Assembly: GCF_006345805.1 (NCBI RefSeq) | Contig: NC_043011.1 | Span: 4,340,001 to 4,404,000, forward strand | Direction: 5' to 3' | Source of the DNA: Octopus sinensis | Taxonomy: Eukaryota | Length of the DNA: 64,000 nt | Shown here: one piece after another, positions 37,946 to 51,673 of the stretch | How positions within the stretch are numbered: the stretch's first letter is position 1 | Layout of the letters: the number at the start of each line of letters is the position of its first letter | Notes under the pieces: model-generated | Seen by the model: only the letters and a program-made list of their open reading frames with translations | What the model was told of the DNA's origin: nothing | The model's database searches: none | Position numbers and translations under genes: made by a program

Positions 37946-38123
37946 CTAAAAATAGCAGCCCAGTACAATGCAAGTGGAATGATCTTGTACACAGACCCAG
38001 CAGACTTCAACATTGGTGAGAATAAAACATATCCAGATACATGGTGGCTACCTGAGCAGGCTGTGCAGAGAGGAACAGTGGGTGGTGATGGAGACTACTT
38101 GACACCATTATATCCCGCTACAG
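37946..38123 (+). CDS. FOLH1-like: Internal exon of GCPII/NAALADase-like gene (PA domain)
   Basis: tttttttcttaaAAG|CTA...ACAG|GTAAAG; 178 nt, phase 0-1. Translates LKIAAQYNASGMILYTDPADFNIGENKTYPDTWWLPEQAVQRGTVGGDGDYLTPLYPAT (cf. GVILYSDPADY..YPDGWNLP...VQRG...GDPLTPGYPA). Confidence 0.95.
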
Positions 38124-38507
38124 GTAAAGTTATATGTGTGTGTGTGTGGGTCGATGAGAAAGAAAGTGGTGCAGATGGTTGAGAGCCTGACTTAGGAACT
38201 TTTTATTTAGCTTTTTCTCTTTTGTTTTCCTTGTTTAGATGGTTGAAATGTTGTTACTTTGATTTATTAGATCAACCATGTTTACATCCTGATGTCCTTC
38301 TTACTGTTAACTACTAAATTTTAAATAGAAAAGGAACATGGATTTTCAAACAAACTAAAGTCAGTTGTGTGCCCCTCTTAGAAGCACTATTTCATGGCTG
38401 TAGTAAAATTTGAACTTAACTCTATGTGTTCAATAATCTATCACTTTTGTAACCCTTAGAACTGATTAAGTCATCTGTTAACAGCCTTCTTAAAACAAAA
38501 TTACCAT

Positions 38508-38672
38508 AGCACAGGAGTGGCTGTGTGGTAAGTAGCTTGCTAACCAACCACATGGTTCTGGGTTCAGTCCCACTGCGTGGCATCTTGGGCAAGTGTCTTC
38601 TGCTATAGCCCCGGGCCGACCAATGCCTTGTGAGTGGATTTGGTAGACGGAAACTGAAAGAAGCCTGTCGTA

Positions 38673-38711
<39 letters not shown>

Positions 38712-38948
38712 TATATATATATAATATATATATATGTTTGTGTGTCTGTGTTTGTCCCCCTAGCATTGCTTGACAACCGATGCTGGTGTGTTTACGTCCC
38801 CGTCACTTAGCGGTTCGGCAAAAGAGACCGATAGAATAAGTACTGGGCTTACAAAGAATAAGTCCCGGGGTCGATTTGCTCGACTAAAGGCAGTGCTCCA
38901 GCATGGCCGCAGTCAAATGACTGAAACAAGTAAAAGAGTAAAAGAGTA
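38508..38948 (+). mobile_element. SINE family A, full length
   Basis: Homology to the other copies. Confidence 0.92.
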
Positions 38949-40212
38949 TAGCACACTTGAATTTATATTTAGTACGATTTTATACTGAGTTCAAACCCTA
39001 TGAGGTTGACTTTACTTTTAATCTCCCTTGGATTGATTGCACAAGTCCCAGTAATATAGAGATTTTGATTTAGTTGACTTATATCCCTACTCTTCTAGAA
39101 ACAAATCTGTCAAATCAAACAGAAAAAAATCAATATTATCATGATAGTATTGGTGGAATTGTTTGTTTTTTAAACAGATGTGTGGTTGAAGACATACCAG
39201 CTATGACCTTCCCATCTGTTTCTTGGTCAGGGTGTATTTAAGACTTTCTTGTCTAATGTTTCCTTCATTTCAGGGGTAGTGAGGGGATTTTAGCTGCTAT
39301 TTCTACAAGGTTAAGTGAGCAAATAGTGACTCTGACATTGATACAAATGATAGGTGGCAACACTGGACATGACATATTGGAATTTTGAACCACTTACTAA
39401 CTTTGATTCTGGCCAAAATGAATGTATATTTTATAACTTCTCTCAATCCAATTAGAGAACAAGGGCAAGTTGTATACTAGCATCAAATCAATCCACAAAA
39501 TCTTGATTTCATAAAGTATAAGCCTTTTAAAAAAGGGGAAAAATAACTATTCTCTTGGTGAACTCCAGGAGAAATACACCCCTAGTGCGTATTTTTTTAG
39601 TTTGTAGAGGAGGTTATAACTGTAGCCTTTTCAATCACTCCTAAATTGAGGATTAGAATAATTAGATGAAGTTAAAATGGTTAGTGCAGTTTGAATTTAT
39701 GGTGGCTAGTGGCTGCAGAGAAAGCAGGGAAAAGAAGAAAGTTTCAAAGAGATATAGTTCTAAGAAAAACAGAATGGAAAATGTATTTCAACTGGGTTTA
39801 TTATTGTGGTACAGAGCTGTGGAAAGTAGTTAGTTTCCATAGTAGCTTTTAAATGTGGTGTGTATAGAGTTAGTAACCTCATGGGTGTAAATACTAATAT
39901 GATATAAAAATGGATCTTTATCAGTTTTAGCAATAAGTATTTGTCTGTTTGATCAACTGAGTTACTTGCTTATTGAATTATGGTGAAAGAGGCTGACAAT
40001 GCCACAGATATTCTAATTTTGAAGTTGAATTAGTGTTACATTGTATGACAAAGCTGACTGAATCTTTAAATTACAAGTTTAATCCTCCTGATAGCTTTCT
40101 AAACACCCAATTTTATTCACAAGGCTTGAGGCTATAGTAAAATACACTTGTCCAAGAAGCCATACAATTGGCTCAAACATAGGACTCTGTGATTGCAAAA
40201 CAAACTCCTTAA

Positions 40213-40431
40213 CCCTTTCGTTACCAACCCAGCTGAAACTGGCTCTGGCTCTGAGTACAAATGTCTTATTTTCATAAGTTTTGAATTAAAATCTTCCACC
40301 AAACTTTAGTCACAATTTATGTTCCTAACACTAGCTAATGATAACCAAGTTATTTTACTAAACTCTTTGTTATATTTAAAGTAATTGAAAAAAACACTGA
40401 GCATCTCAAAATAAATACGGTAATGAAAGGG
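40213..40431 (+). mobile_element. TTAA-flanked MITE (piggyBac-type)
   Basis: TSD TTAA at 40209-40212 and 40432-40435; TIR CCCTTTCGTTACC / GGTAATGAAAGGG. Confidence 0.85.
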
Positions 40432-41419
40432 TTAACCCTTTAGCCAGATATATATTTAGAGAAATATTTTAATCAGATAGATTGTCTTTTAGGATTGTGA
40501 GCGCTGAATTTAAATATTGTTATTTAGATCAAGTATGCAGTGAACAAATGACTCTGGAATCAAAGTCATTTCAACCACATCTTCCTTCCTTTTATCAAAG
40601 CATATTATACCCCCAGACTATTTTATCCAATGTTTTCTTTTTTTAGGTTATTAGGATATGGTGTTGGAATGATTTGGTTGCTATTTCTAATTATTCAAAC
40701 AGTCACATGGGAGCTCCATCATTGGATGTTTAAAGCAGTCACCCTTGATGTGTGATCAATATCCACATCAAGGGTGGCTGCAAAATAGGATGTATTTAAT
40801 ATTTTGAACAGGGTTCAGGCTATTTCCTTTTACTTGTGCTGCTATTGCTTTTGTGAAAGCTAAGACCTGAAATAACTTCATTTTCTATTCCTACAGGTGA
40901 AATGGAGATAGTCTTTTTCTTTCTGTTTCATCCTCTCTGGTCTGTAAATCTAGGCCTTTGTGCTCTCACGAAGAAGATGTCTTTTAGGCTGCTTCCTTTC
41001 TTTTTGTATCCAGAGTTTATCCAGTTTTTGTTTTTTTTTTCCTCTCCCAGATTTTTTTTTCAGTATATTTGTTCCAACAACTCTGCCTTTCACCCAGCCA
41101 GATGTTACCATAAGTGTAAAACTACAACAGTAAAAACAACAGAAACTGTAGTAGTGATGGTGATGGTGGTCATGGTCGTGCTGGGGGTGTATAAATCAAT
41201 AGGATTTATTGATAAATTCAAGAACAGATTTGTGTGTTGTCTATTCAGCAAGACTCACTCACATTCATGTGTCTATTCAGCAAAGCCCATTTACAGGCAC
41301 ATTCAGATTTATAGATATATAAACAGATACATGCATACATTTATACATAAACATTCATACACATGCAATCGGAAATATGCAAATAAACTTTCGTGTATGC
41401 ATACAAACATATACATATG

Positions 41420-41456
<37 letters not shown>

Positions 41457-42237
41457 TAAACCAGAAGTGAGAGAGAGAGAGTGGAATAGAAAAAAGAAAT
41501 AAAGATGGTGAGAGAAAGAAAAGCTAATATTAGGAAGAAAAAGAAAGGAAGAGAATTTGAAAGAAAGACAAGATGGATAAAACAATTTCATATTCATAAA
41601 TATTTACAGCAAATCTGAGGAAATTTGAACATTTATTCCAAATGTGATTCTTCCCATAGATTCTGTGAGTGTTTTCTGTCTATCTCTTATCTTTGCTTTC
41701 TGTGGAAGCACCTTAGCTAAAATAAACAATGCTGGTGAATCCAGACATATTCTCCAGGCAGAACCGTTTTATTTTATTCATTTTTCTGGTACCTTTACTC
41801 TTTTACACTCTACTCTTTCATTTTTTTCTCATTCACTGGAATATAGCCATGCTGGAGCACCACCTCAAGTGGTTTCTATTTGATCATATCAACTCATGTC
41901 TAATGTATAATTTAGTGATCTCTTTTTATCACACTTTTTAGTTACGGGATATAAACAGGGAAAACGTTTTTTTAAAATAGTGTTAACAAACAGACAGACA
42001 TGGAGATAAACATATGTATACACACACATGTAAGTGTATACACACACATGTAAGTGTATACACACACATGTAAGTGTATATACACATGCAGGCATGCATG
42101 TGCATACACATCTGTACATGTCTATATATCATCAGTATCATTTTATCATCCATTTTCCCGTTCGTACACACACCATATATATATAAGATATAGAGATACA
42201 AACCAATACCAGCTTAAAATTTAGACACTAAATGATG

Positions 42238-42287
<50 letters not shown>

Positions 42288-42322
42288 ATGTGTAGGATGG
42301 TTAAAGTGGTGTACAGGTTTTA

Positions 42323-42540
42323 TATATTCTTTTCTACTCTAAGCACAAGGCCCAACATTTTTGGGGAAGGGGCCAGTCAATTAGATCAACCCCGGTCGCA
42401 ACTGGTACTTAATTTATCAACCCCGAAAAGTTGAAAGGCAAAGTCGACCTCGGTGGAATTTGAACTCAGAATGTAAAGACAGACGAAATACTGCAAAGCA
42501 TTTCGTCCGGTGTGCTAATGTTTCTACTAGTTCACCACCT
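42323..42540 (-). mobile_element. SINE family B variant with TSD
   Basis: TSD TACAGGTTTTA at 42312-42322 and 42541-42551; family B body with a different 3' tail. Confidence 0.85.
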
Positions 42541-42966
42541 TACAGGTTTTAAGAAAAAGAAAGTAGCCAAGATTTGGATGAAGACTATTTATTTTGCACT
42601 TTTATCACTTTGGGGGATTCATCAACCATCCCACAAAAACACCCCTTTCTTTCTTTTTCTTCTTTCTTTCATTCTTTCTTTTCTCTCTCTCTCTCTCAAC
42701 AAGACTCAAAAAATTTGCCACACACACATGCTTACACTCACATATCTACACACACATATATGCACACATGTATAGATTCAAAATAACAAAGAACTTCTCC
42801 TCTACTTCCCAAAATATCTTCTTTCCAAAACCCACGAAAACAAACTCAACTCCAGATTTTTAATTTGCTACAAAAATGATTATCCATAATGAATCCCTCA
42901 AAGGGATAAAAGTTCTAAATAAATTGTTTTTATCCAAATCCTGAACACCTTTTTCTTAATATATAT

Positions 42967-43002
<36 letters not shown>

Positions 43003-43005
<3 letters not shown>

Positions 43006-43420
43006 CGCAGGATTGGCTGTGTAGTAAGTAGCTTGTTTACCAACCACATGGTTCCGGGTTCAGTCCCACTGCGTGGCATCTTGGGCAAGTATCTTCTGCT
43101 ATAGCCCCGGGTTGACCAATGCCTTGTGAGTGGATTTGGTAGATGGAAACTGAAAGAAGCCTGTCGTATATATGTATATATATATATAAGTATATGTGTT
43201 TGTGTGTCTGTGTTTGTCCCCATAGCATTGCTTGATAACCGATGCTGGTGTGTTTATGTCCCCGTTACTTAGTGGTTCGGCAAAAGAGACCAATAGAATA
43301 AGTACTGGGCTTACAAAAGAATAAGTCCCGGGGTCGAGTTGTTCGATTAAAGGCGGTGCTCCAGCATGGCCGCAGTCAAATGACTGAAACAAGTAAAAGA
43401 GTAAAAGAGAGAGTAAAGAG
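43003..43420 (+). mobile_element. SINE family A
   Basis: Homology; sits within TA tracts. Confidence 0.92.
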
Positions 43421-43869
43421 TATATATATATATATATTATATATATATATTACAGTAAATATTTTTAGCATGGAAGGATATATATATATATGTATATCCA
43501 TAGCAGGCTTGCACCCAGTTTCTATTTACTAATTTCAATCTTAGAGGAAGGCTACAGAAGTGGTCAGTTGTCCAAAATGCCTTGCCATGGAACTGAAAGT
43601 GATATCATGTGGTTGTGAGTGGAATTTCTTAGCCACACTGTTACACCCACTCCAATGCTAAGGAAAATAGTAGAACATGAATTGTTGACCTCTCTGCTAT
43701 AATTTTCTTTTTTCCCCCAATAGTCTATTTATCAGCTGCTTATGTAACCCAATAGTTTTGTCTATCTAGCTCTATGTCTGGCCACCAAATCACGGAATTT
43801 TATAACAGCAGTGACAATAGGATCTTCTGATAGTTTGCATTGATGACCAAATTCAATTTCTCTTGCTGG

Positions 43870-44195
43870 TATCATCATCATCATTATCATCGTTTAACGT
43901 CCGTTTTCCACGCTAGCACGTTTCTACAGCTGGATGCTCTTCCTAACGCCAACCACTCCGCGAGTGTAGTGGGTGCTTTTTACGTGCCACCTGCACAGGT
44001 GCTAGGGGTCCGGCATCGGCCATGATCGGTTGGAGCTTTTAACGTGCTACCGGCACTGGAGCCAGTCGAGGCAATGCTGGCATCGGCCACATTCGGATGA
44101 TGCTTTTTATGTGCCACCGGCACAGAAGCCAGTCGGGGCGGAGCTGGCATCGGCCACGTTCGGATGGTGCTTTTTATGTGCCACTGGCACAGGTA
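43870..44195 (-). mobile_element. RTE-type LINE 3' end
   Basis: (ATC)n tail; ~60-bp repeated GTGCCACCGGCAC blocks. Confidence 0.75.
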
Positions 44196-44674
44196 TGGGC
44201 AGGAGAAATGCTGGATTCTCATCCATGTCATCTTTATACCCTAATACCATTGTATCATGAAATTGCCATGGTCTCTCCTTCTCACAGATAAATTGTCTCA
44301 GTTTTGCATGAATTTTTATATATATATATATATATTTCTTTTTATACATGTTGGTTTGAATTTCAGCACTCGCCTTAAAAATTTAGTCTTCTCACATTTT
44401 AAGTAATCGGTAGAGTAATAGAATTTCTGCATTTCATTCAAGCCCTTTGAGAACAACCCATTAGATAGAGTTTACTTCATTTTTATTTCATTTTCAATTG
44501 TAGTTTAAATCTACACAACTGTATGTACATACACACATGCATACATACACACATACACATCACATGCACACACACATACACACCACATACACATCACATG
44601 CACACACACACACGTATTTTCAAATATATATATATTGAATTTTGTAATTGAAATGTCTTGTAATTCTCTTGCAG

Positions 44675-44771
44675 AAGACGCATATCGGATAAGTTTGGCT
44701 GAAGCCAGAAAGCTGTTACCAAAAATACCTTGTCAACCCATTGGTTATGGTGATGCCCAAGTATTATTATC
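44675..44771 (+). CDS. FOLH1-like: Internal exon of GCPII/NAALADase-like gene (end of PA domain)
   Basis: ttctcttgCAG|AA...TC|GTAAGT; 97 nt, phase 1-2, in frame with the previous exon. Translates (E)DAYRISLAEARKLLPKIPCQPIGYGDAQVLL(S), cf. [32 protein letters not shown]. Not in the ORF track. Confidence 0.94.
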
Positions 44772-44784
44772 GTAAGTAACAGCT

Positions 44785-45260
44785 CTCCCTCTCTCTCCTC
44801 TCTCCTTCTCTCTCTCTGCATTTTAATTTTTCTTCTCTCCTCTCTCTCCCTTTTCCCTTTTTCACTTCCCCTTCTCTTTTTCACTTTTTGTCCTGCTCTC
44901 CCTCACTCTCCACTCTCCCTCTCTCTCCTCTCTCTCCTCTGCATTTTAATTGTTCTTCTCTCTCTCCCTTTTCCCTTTTTCGCTTCCCCTTCTCTTTTTC
45001 ACTTTTTGTCCTGCTCTCCCTCACTCTCCACTCTCCCTCTCTCTCCTCTCTCTCCTCTGCATTTTAATTGTTCTTCTCTCTCTCCCTTTTCCCTTTTTCG
45101 CTTCCCCTTCTCTTTTTCACTTTTTGTCCTGCTCTCCCTCTCTCTCCTCTCTCCTCTGCATTTAAATTTTTCTTCTCTCCTCTCTCTCCCTTTTCCCTTT
45201 TTCACTTCCCTTTCTCTTTTTCACTTTTCCCCCTCTCCCTCTCTCTCTCTCTCTTCTCCC
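44785..45260. repeat. Polypyrimidine minisatellite, ~4 units of 100-120 bp
   Basis: GCATTT(T)AAT anchors at ~44818, 44941, 45059 and 45158. Confidence 0.88.
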
Positions 45261-45914
45261 AGACCTTTAAGAAAACCATTATCACAGCATATGATGGCAT
45301 AGACACCAAAACAAAGGACCAAAACATTCACTTAAAGATAGACAATTGTGTCAACTGCCTCACCACACCTCCTCCGCATATGCCCTCCTTTTATCACACT
45401 TTAACTCTACAAACCTAAATTCCTTTCCAATCCTAAATACAAGCTAATCAACCCTTCTAAGAGCAAGGCAGGCATTGTAGTAAATGTATTCTTGATGCTA
45501 TCAACTCCAATATCTCAAGAACTACAGCATAAATCCAGTGGAAGTGCAGCATCCTTCTCTGGTTCTGCAGCATTGAGAATAAATAGTCTTTAAGTTCAAA
45601 CAGTATTGAAATCCTTACTCTTAAAGGTCTTAGATTATGGTAGAAAATTCACCAGAATTAGTGACCTCAATATCAGAACCATTATAAACCCTAGGAAGTC
45701 ACTGCTGTTTGACAATGATTTCTTTTGGGATTTCTGCTGGGTAAAAAAAGGATTTATGGATGTATCTGTCAAGAGCTATGATGGGAATGAAGGCAGTTAT
45801 CTCATCAGGTTATTTGTCCTGAATACCCCGATCAAAACGTAGGCAAACCTACAGTTCACTTCTATACAGGGATGAGTGTTTGGAAATTTCAAACCATTTA
45901 AGAGACCATGCCAT

Positions 45915-46322
45915 CTCTTTCTCTCTTTTCTCTTTTACTTGTTTCAGTCATTTGACTGTGGCCATGCTGGAGCACTGCCTTTAGTCGAGCAAATCAACCC
46001 CGGGACTTATTCTTTAGAAGCCTAGTACTTATCCTATCAGTCTCTTTTGCCGAACCGCTAAGTTACGGGGACGTAAACACACCAGCATCGGTTGTCAAGC
46101 AATGTTGGGGGGACAAACACACACACACAAACACACACACGCATATATATATACATACATATATACGACGGGCTTCTTTCAGATTCTGTCTACCAAATCC
46201 ACTCACAAGGCTTTGGTCGGCCCGAGGCTATAATAGAAAACACTTGCCCAAGGTGCCACGCAGTGGGGCTGAACCCAGAACCATGTGGTTGGTAAACAAG
46301 CTACTTACCACACAGCCACTCT
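45915..46322 (-). mobile_element. SINE family A nested in the PLE
   Basis: Homology to the other copies. Confidence 0.9.
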
Positions 46323-46692
46323 GTGAAAATCTTAAAAACCATCAACAAATTCACCTTAATTATAACTGTTACCACCAACTTAACAGTTTAACTTCATGGA
46401 AGCCCATCAAAAAAGCTGTTTATATTTATTAGCACCACCCTGTCGGCTATAATTAGAAATTTAGTCACAGGCATCAGCAGAAGAGTCTTGACTGTGCCAG
46501 CTGACAGAAAGATCTTTAATAGGGCTGCACCCCATTTAAACAAGGCAACAAGGCACTGATAAGGAGTGGCTTTACTTATAAGTTGGTGTGCATTGAGTAT
46601 CCCTAAACCAAAAGAGGGTTAGAACTATTTTCCCCTCATGTAGCTTGAGCTTCCTGACTCTAATTACAAAGTATTTTCCAAGAACCTATATA

Positions 46693-46909
46693 CAAGGGGT
46701 TGCTGAAAAGTTCCTGGTTTTGGGTAAAAGAAAATACAGGAGGATCACTTAATTATGATTTTATTCAACATATTCCTTTCTCAGATTCACACACTTATTG
46801 CAGCAGTCTTTCAATTTTTCTAAGCCCTCTAAAAGAACTTGGAAGGTTGGGCCTCCAGCCAGGCCTTTCACGATACCCTTAAAGCCAGAAACTTTTCAGC
46901 ACCTCTCCA
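46693..46909. mobile_element. Tc1/mariner-type MITE
   Basis: TA-flanked; imperfect TIRs GGTTGCTGAAAAGTTCCTGG / CCAGAAACTTTTCAGCACC. Confidence 0.75.
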
Positions 46910-47892
46910 ATATATATCACAAATCGTTTAATTCTCATAACGTCAAAATTTACACTCATGCAACGACAGTGCACCCACATTGTCTTCACTCCACACCCCA
47001 GCATCTAACCACCAAACTCTTACCAGCTGCCAGTTAGGTGGATCCTGCCTAAAAGATTGTGGTCTGCAGATCAATTCGCATACCATTTGATGGCATCATG
47101 AAACATTACACAAACATGACAGCCAATGAGTTTAAAGGTAAATACATGCAACGTATGCACTCCATCAGGGGTAGTAACAAAGAAAACTCAGTCCCCTCTT
47201 TGTCTGTCTTGATCTGAAGACTGGTGCTATCAAAAGAACTTCTCAACATCATATGAAACATCCATGACAACTACTTCTCTGTACTCATGTGTTTATGGAA
47301 AAAAATCAAAATACCTAATGCTATTGGGATTTATATTTATGCAGTTATAATCAGATGTTTTCAATTTTTATGGATACAATTAGCTAAAGCTCTTTTTTTT
47401 TATAAGTTACAACTTGTTAGTACAATACATAGCCTTGTGTATGTACAAATGGCATTTATGCTTTTCATCCTCATAGTTTTACTTCGCTTAAAATATCCAA
47501 ATCAAGTTTAAAGTATAATATCTTAGATTTGAGGTTCCATAAGTATTTTGACAGTGATGTTGAATACTTTAATTTGGATAATCCCAAAGCAGTGCTTGTG
47601 TAATAAATACCTGATTTTTAAAAAGTTGAAGGTAGTTTCTATATATTACCGAATTCTATTTTGGGTAATATCATTACATCAATATGCAATATTTCTTTTG
47701 AGACAGTATTCATTATGAGGCCTTAGACTGGTAGTTTTATATTTATATCTATTTTTAGTATCTTTCAAGCTAATTTGAATATTAGTAGGTGATATTTGAC
47801 ACTATATGGCTGCAATAGATATGATAGTTTCGATACCAGATATGGTAGGTGTTATTAAACCTCCTTTTATATTATATTTATATTATAATAAC

Positions 47893-48312
47893 AGGTGCAG
47901 GAGTGGCTGTGTGGTAAGTAGCTTGCTAACCAACCACATGGTTGCGGGTTCAGTCCCACTGCGGGGCATCTTGGGCAAGTGTCTTCTGCTATAGCCCCGG
48001 GCCGACCAATGCCTTGTGAGTGGATTTGGTAGACGGAAACTGAAAGAAGCCTGCCGTATATATGTATATATATATATATATATATGTGTGTGTATGTTGG
48101 TGTGTCTGTGTTTGTCCCCCTAGCATTGCTTGACAACCGATGCTGGTGTGTTTACGTCCCCGTCACTTAGTGGTTCGGCAAAAGAGACCGATAGAATAAG
48201 TACTGGGCTTACAAAGAATAAGTCCCGGGGTCGATTTGCTCGACTAAAGGCGGTGCTTCGGCATGGCCACAGTCAAATGACTGAAACAAGTAAAAGAGTA
48301 AAAAAGAGAGAG
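47893..48312 (+). mobile_element. SINE family A, full length
   Basis: Homology to the other copies. Confidence 0.92.
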
Positions 48313-48761
48313 AGTTGTTAACATTATATGTACTGTTCTTGTAATTAGTATTAGTTTGTTCTGGGATCGTATGATATTATTCAATAGAGGAATTCCACCA
48401 GCATCTCTCTCTGCAACATCTTAAACAGATGATTTTTAAAATCATTATCATCGTGTCCATTAATATTATACTCCATAATATTTTATAAGTGCTTGTTATT
48501 AGTTTTATCATTAATACCTCTAACTCTATTTAATATTATGAACCAGGCTACAATACTCTTGAGAAAATGTGTCATGTGAACAAGATAATGTGTTTTGCTA
48601 GAATATTTTTTCCTTTAATTTTTCATAGCTAGAATCATGTACTGATGTCTGGCTCTTATTTCATTTTATTGCTTACTGCTTAATACCTCTATGCTTATTT
48701 CCATAATAGTTGTAAAATGAATTTTATGTTATATATTAGGTTGTAAGTACTTTTCTTAGCA

Positions 48762-48937
48762 CATATATACATACATACATATATATATATATAATATATA
48801 TATATATATGTATATATATACATATATATATTATATATATATATATATATAATATATATATATACATATACATATATGTATATATACATATATATATATA
48901 TACATCTATATATATATACATATATATATACAATATA

Positions 48938-48968
<31 letters not shown>

Positions 48969-48993
48969 CATATACATATATATATATACACAC

Positions 48994-49047
<54 letters not shown>

Positions 49048-49075
49048 TATATATATATATACATACATACATATA

Positions 49076-49108
<33 letters not shown>

Positions 49109-49232
49109 CATACATACACACATACACACATTTTCATTTGTGTGTATGTATGTGTGTGCGTGTAAATGTATGTGTATAGAAGCACACATACACACACACA
49201 CACATGCACACACATACACACACACACACACA
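48762..49232. repeat. Long degenerate (TA)/(CA) microsatellite
   Basis: Direct reading. Confidence 0.95.
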
Positions 49233-49481
49233 CAGAGGCACACCTTCAAGAGCTAATACTTCTTTTCATTCTGAAACCACAATGCATCCCATGTATATAG
49301 ACGTACAGATATTACTGAGCGTTGTAGTTTTATGCCTGCTGTCTTTAGACTTCAGTTTTATTCATCTTTCTGTTATTAATCCTTTTCGTATAAATATTCT
49401 TCAGTGTCATATTTCTTGACAGTTTGTTTATTTTAAATATTTATTGTTTTGATGAAGTGACAAATATTAACAACTAAAACA

Positions 49482-49526
<45 letters not shown>

Positions 49527-49599
49527 ACATTTATATAATGCATATAAATATTTGTATACTTGTCGCTTATTCTGTTTTTTTTTCAGTTCTTTTACTGGA

Positions 49600-50100
49600 G
49601 GGTGGGACCATGTTGAAGCACCAACTTTCAGTGTTTTGGGGTCTCCTTTCAGTATTGTTTTTGGTTAACGAATAAGTTGGATGAAGCTGTTCTTCTTTGT
49701 GCCTCCTGGCACAATGTGGATCCATCTGAGATTTCAGATAGAAATTTGTCCAGGTGCTCTTTGAATGTTTCCACACCTATACCTGGGAGATCTTGTAGGT
49801 TCCCTGGCAGGATGTTAAACAGATGTGGTCCACTGAAACCCAAGCTGTTGCAATACTGGGTCCTTATTTGAGATGAGGAAGATGGTAACTTTGGTATTAT
49901 GCAATGCCATCCAGTTTAGTGGTTGGTATAGCTTTTAATTCCACAGTTAGGAGTCAGACCTTCAAAGATCTTCCATATGTATATCACTACGTACCTTTCT
50001 TGCCTTCTCTCCGGGGAGTAGAGCTTCAGTTCTTGTAGCCTCTCCCAGTGGCTCATCTGTTTCACCAAGTCAATCTCCTTTCTGTAGTGGTGCTGGATGC
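49600..50100 (-). mobile_element. CR1/L2-group LINE ORF2 C-terminal remnant
   Basis: MSHWERLQELKLYSPERRQERYVVIYIWK..GPHLFNILPGNL..ETFKEHLDKFL. Confidence 0.8.
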
Positions 50101-50570
50101 GCGCGTGTGTGAGTGTTTGCATATAAAACAAAAAGAAAAATACTCATTTTTTAATCAAAATGTGCTACCAGTTTCACTTGTGTTTAAGTAAATTTAGTCA
50201 TGTTGTAAGAAAAGGGAAAATGTATTGAAATAAAATTAATCTCATTTGCATTGTGTTGATTTGAAAATACATACTTATCTTGGAATACTTAGTACTCTTA
50301 TCACTCTACTCCTTATTTCATATCCATCTCATCATTATATATCATGCCTCTGTCACTTGTTGTTCTTGCTCTATGCTAAGCAAGCAGAGATATGCAATTG
50401 TGAGATCCCCTTAGTCACTCATGTTCAGCACATCTGGTAAAGTGGGTGGAGTTCAGAAGGATATCTGCCCATAGAAGCAAAGTCAAAATTGAAATGCAAA
50501 TGAATGGATTTCTCAACCAAAAAGTGTACATAAAACGATGAGGATTTACTAACACATATACTAATATAAG

Positions 50571-50843
50571 ATGGAAACTGAAAGAAGCCTGTCGTATATA
50601 TGTATATATATATATATGTATGTATGTGTGTGTGTGTGTGTTTGTGTGTCTGTGTTTGTCCCCCTAGCATTGCTTGACAACCGATGCTGGTGTGTTTACG
50701 TCCCCGTCTCTTAGCAGTTCGGCAAAAGAGACCGATAGAATAAGTATTGGGCTTACAAAGAATAAGTCTCGGGGTCGATTTGCTCGACTAAAGGCGGTGC
50801 TCCAGCATGGCTGCAGTCAAATGACTGAAACAAGTAAAAGAGT
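50571..50843 (+). mobile_element. SINE family A, 5'-truncated
   Basis: Begins at GGAAACTGAAAGAAGCC. Confidence 0.88.
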
Positions 50844-50859
50844 ATACATGCATATATGT

Positions 50860-51262
50860 ATGTGGTGGGGGTGTGGTAAGAAGTTTGGTTCCCAACTACA
50901 TGGTTCCGGGTTCAATTCCACTGTGTGTGACACCATGGGCAAGTGTCTTATACTATAGCCTCAGGCCAACTAAAGCTTTGTAAGTGGATTTGGTAGGCAG
51001 AAAATGAAAGAAGCCTACTGTTTATGTGTGTGTGTGTTTGTGTGTGTTTATGTCTTTGTGCCTGTGTTTGACCCCCATCAGCACTTAATAGCCATTCTTG
51101 GTTTGTTTACATCTCTGTAAATTAGGGGTTCAGCAAAAGAGGCTAATGAGATTAGTACCAGGCTTTAAAGAAGAATAACTATTGGGTTGATTTGTTCAGC
51201 TAAAATCCTTTAAGGCAGTGCTCCAGCATGGCTTCTGTCTAATGGCTGAAATAAGTAAATAG
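50860..51262 (+). mobile_element. SINE family A, older diverged copy
   Basis: Same architecture with many substitutions. Confidence 0.8.
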
Positions 51263-51401
51263 ATAAATATATATATATATCTTAATATGTATGCACACAC
51301 ACACACACACACGCATGCACACGCACACACACATATATACATATGCATCTGTGTATATGTCTGTATTTCTGTCTCTGTATACACAGAGGAAGAGAAGGGG
51401 T

Positions 51402-51440
<39 letters not shown>

Positions 51441-51614
51441 TGCATATTTATGTACATACAAATACATTTATACATATATAAATATATCTATATATCCTAG
51501 TGTATCCATGTCATGAAAACTGGTGGATTTTTTTATTTAATTAACTGCACAGAATTACTCAATGAAAATACAGGATATACATATTTCTTGTTCTATTACG
51601 AGTACTGTAGCTTC

Positions 51615-51673
<59 letters not shown>

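Larger units (their letters stand above)
45263..47290 (+). mobile_element. Penelope-like element (Neptune-type) RT remnant, interrupted by a SINE and a MITE
   Basis: Degenerate NPKYKLINPSKSKAG..QWK..WF..IENK; RKSLLFDN..WVKKG.MDVSVKSYDG (cf. FDVTMGSYDGAE); IFNRAAP... Confidence 0.75.

Noticed and set aside
38124-38182. ORF 37979-38182 as a standalone 67-aa gene
   Set aside because: Homology stops at the GT donor at 38124; the rest is intron read-through.
40897-41459. Good-looking acceptor (ttttctattcctacag) plus 185-aa ORF as the next exon
   Set aside because: No GCPII similarity and low complexity; the true next exon is at 44675.
47213-47272. CTGAAGA..GAAACATccATGAC as a hammerhead
   Set aside because: It lies within decayed PLE coding sequence, and both the NUH site and helix I fail.
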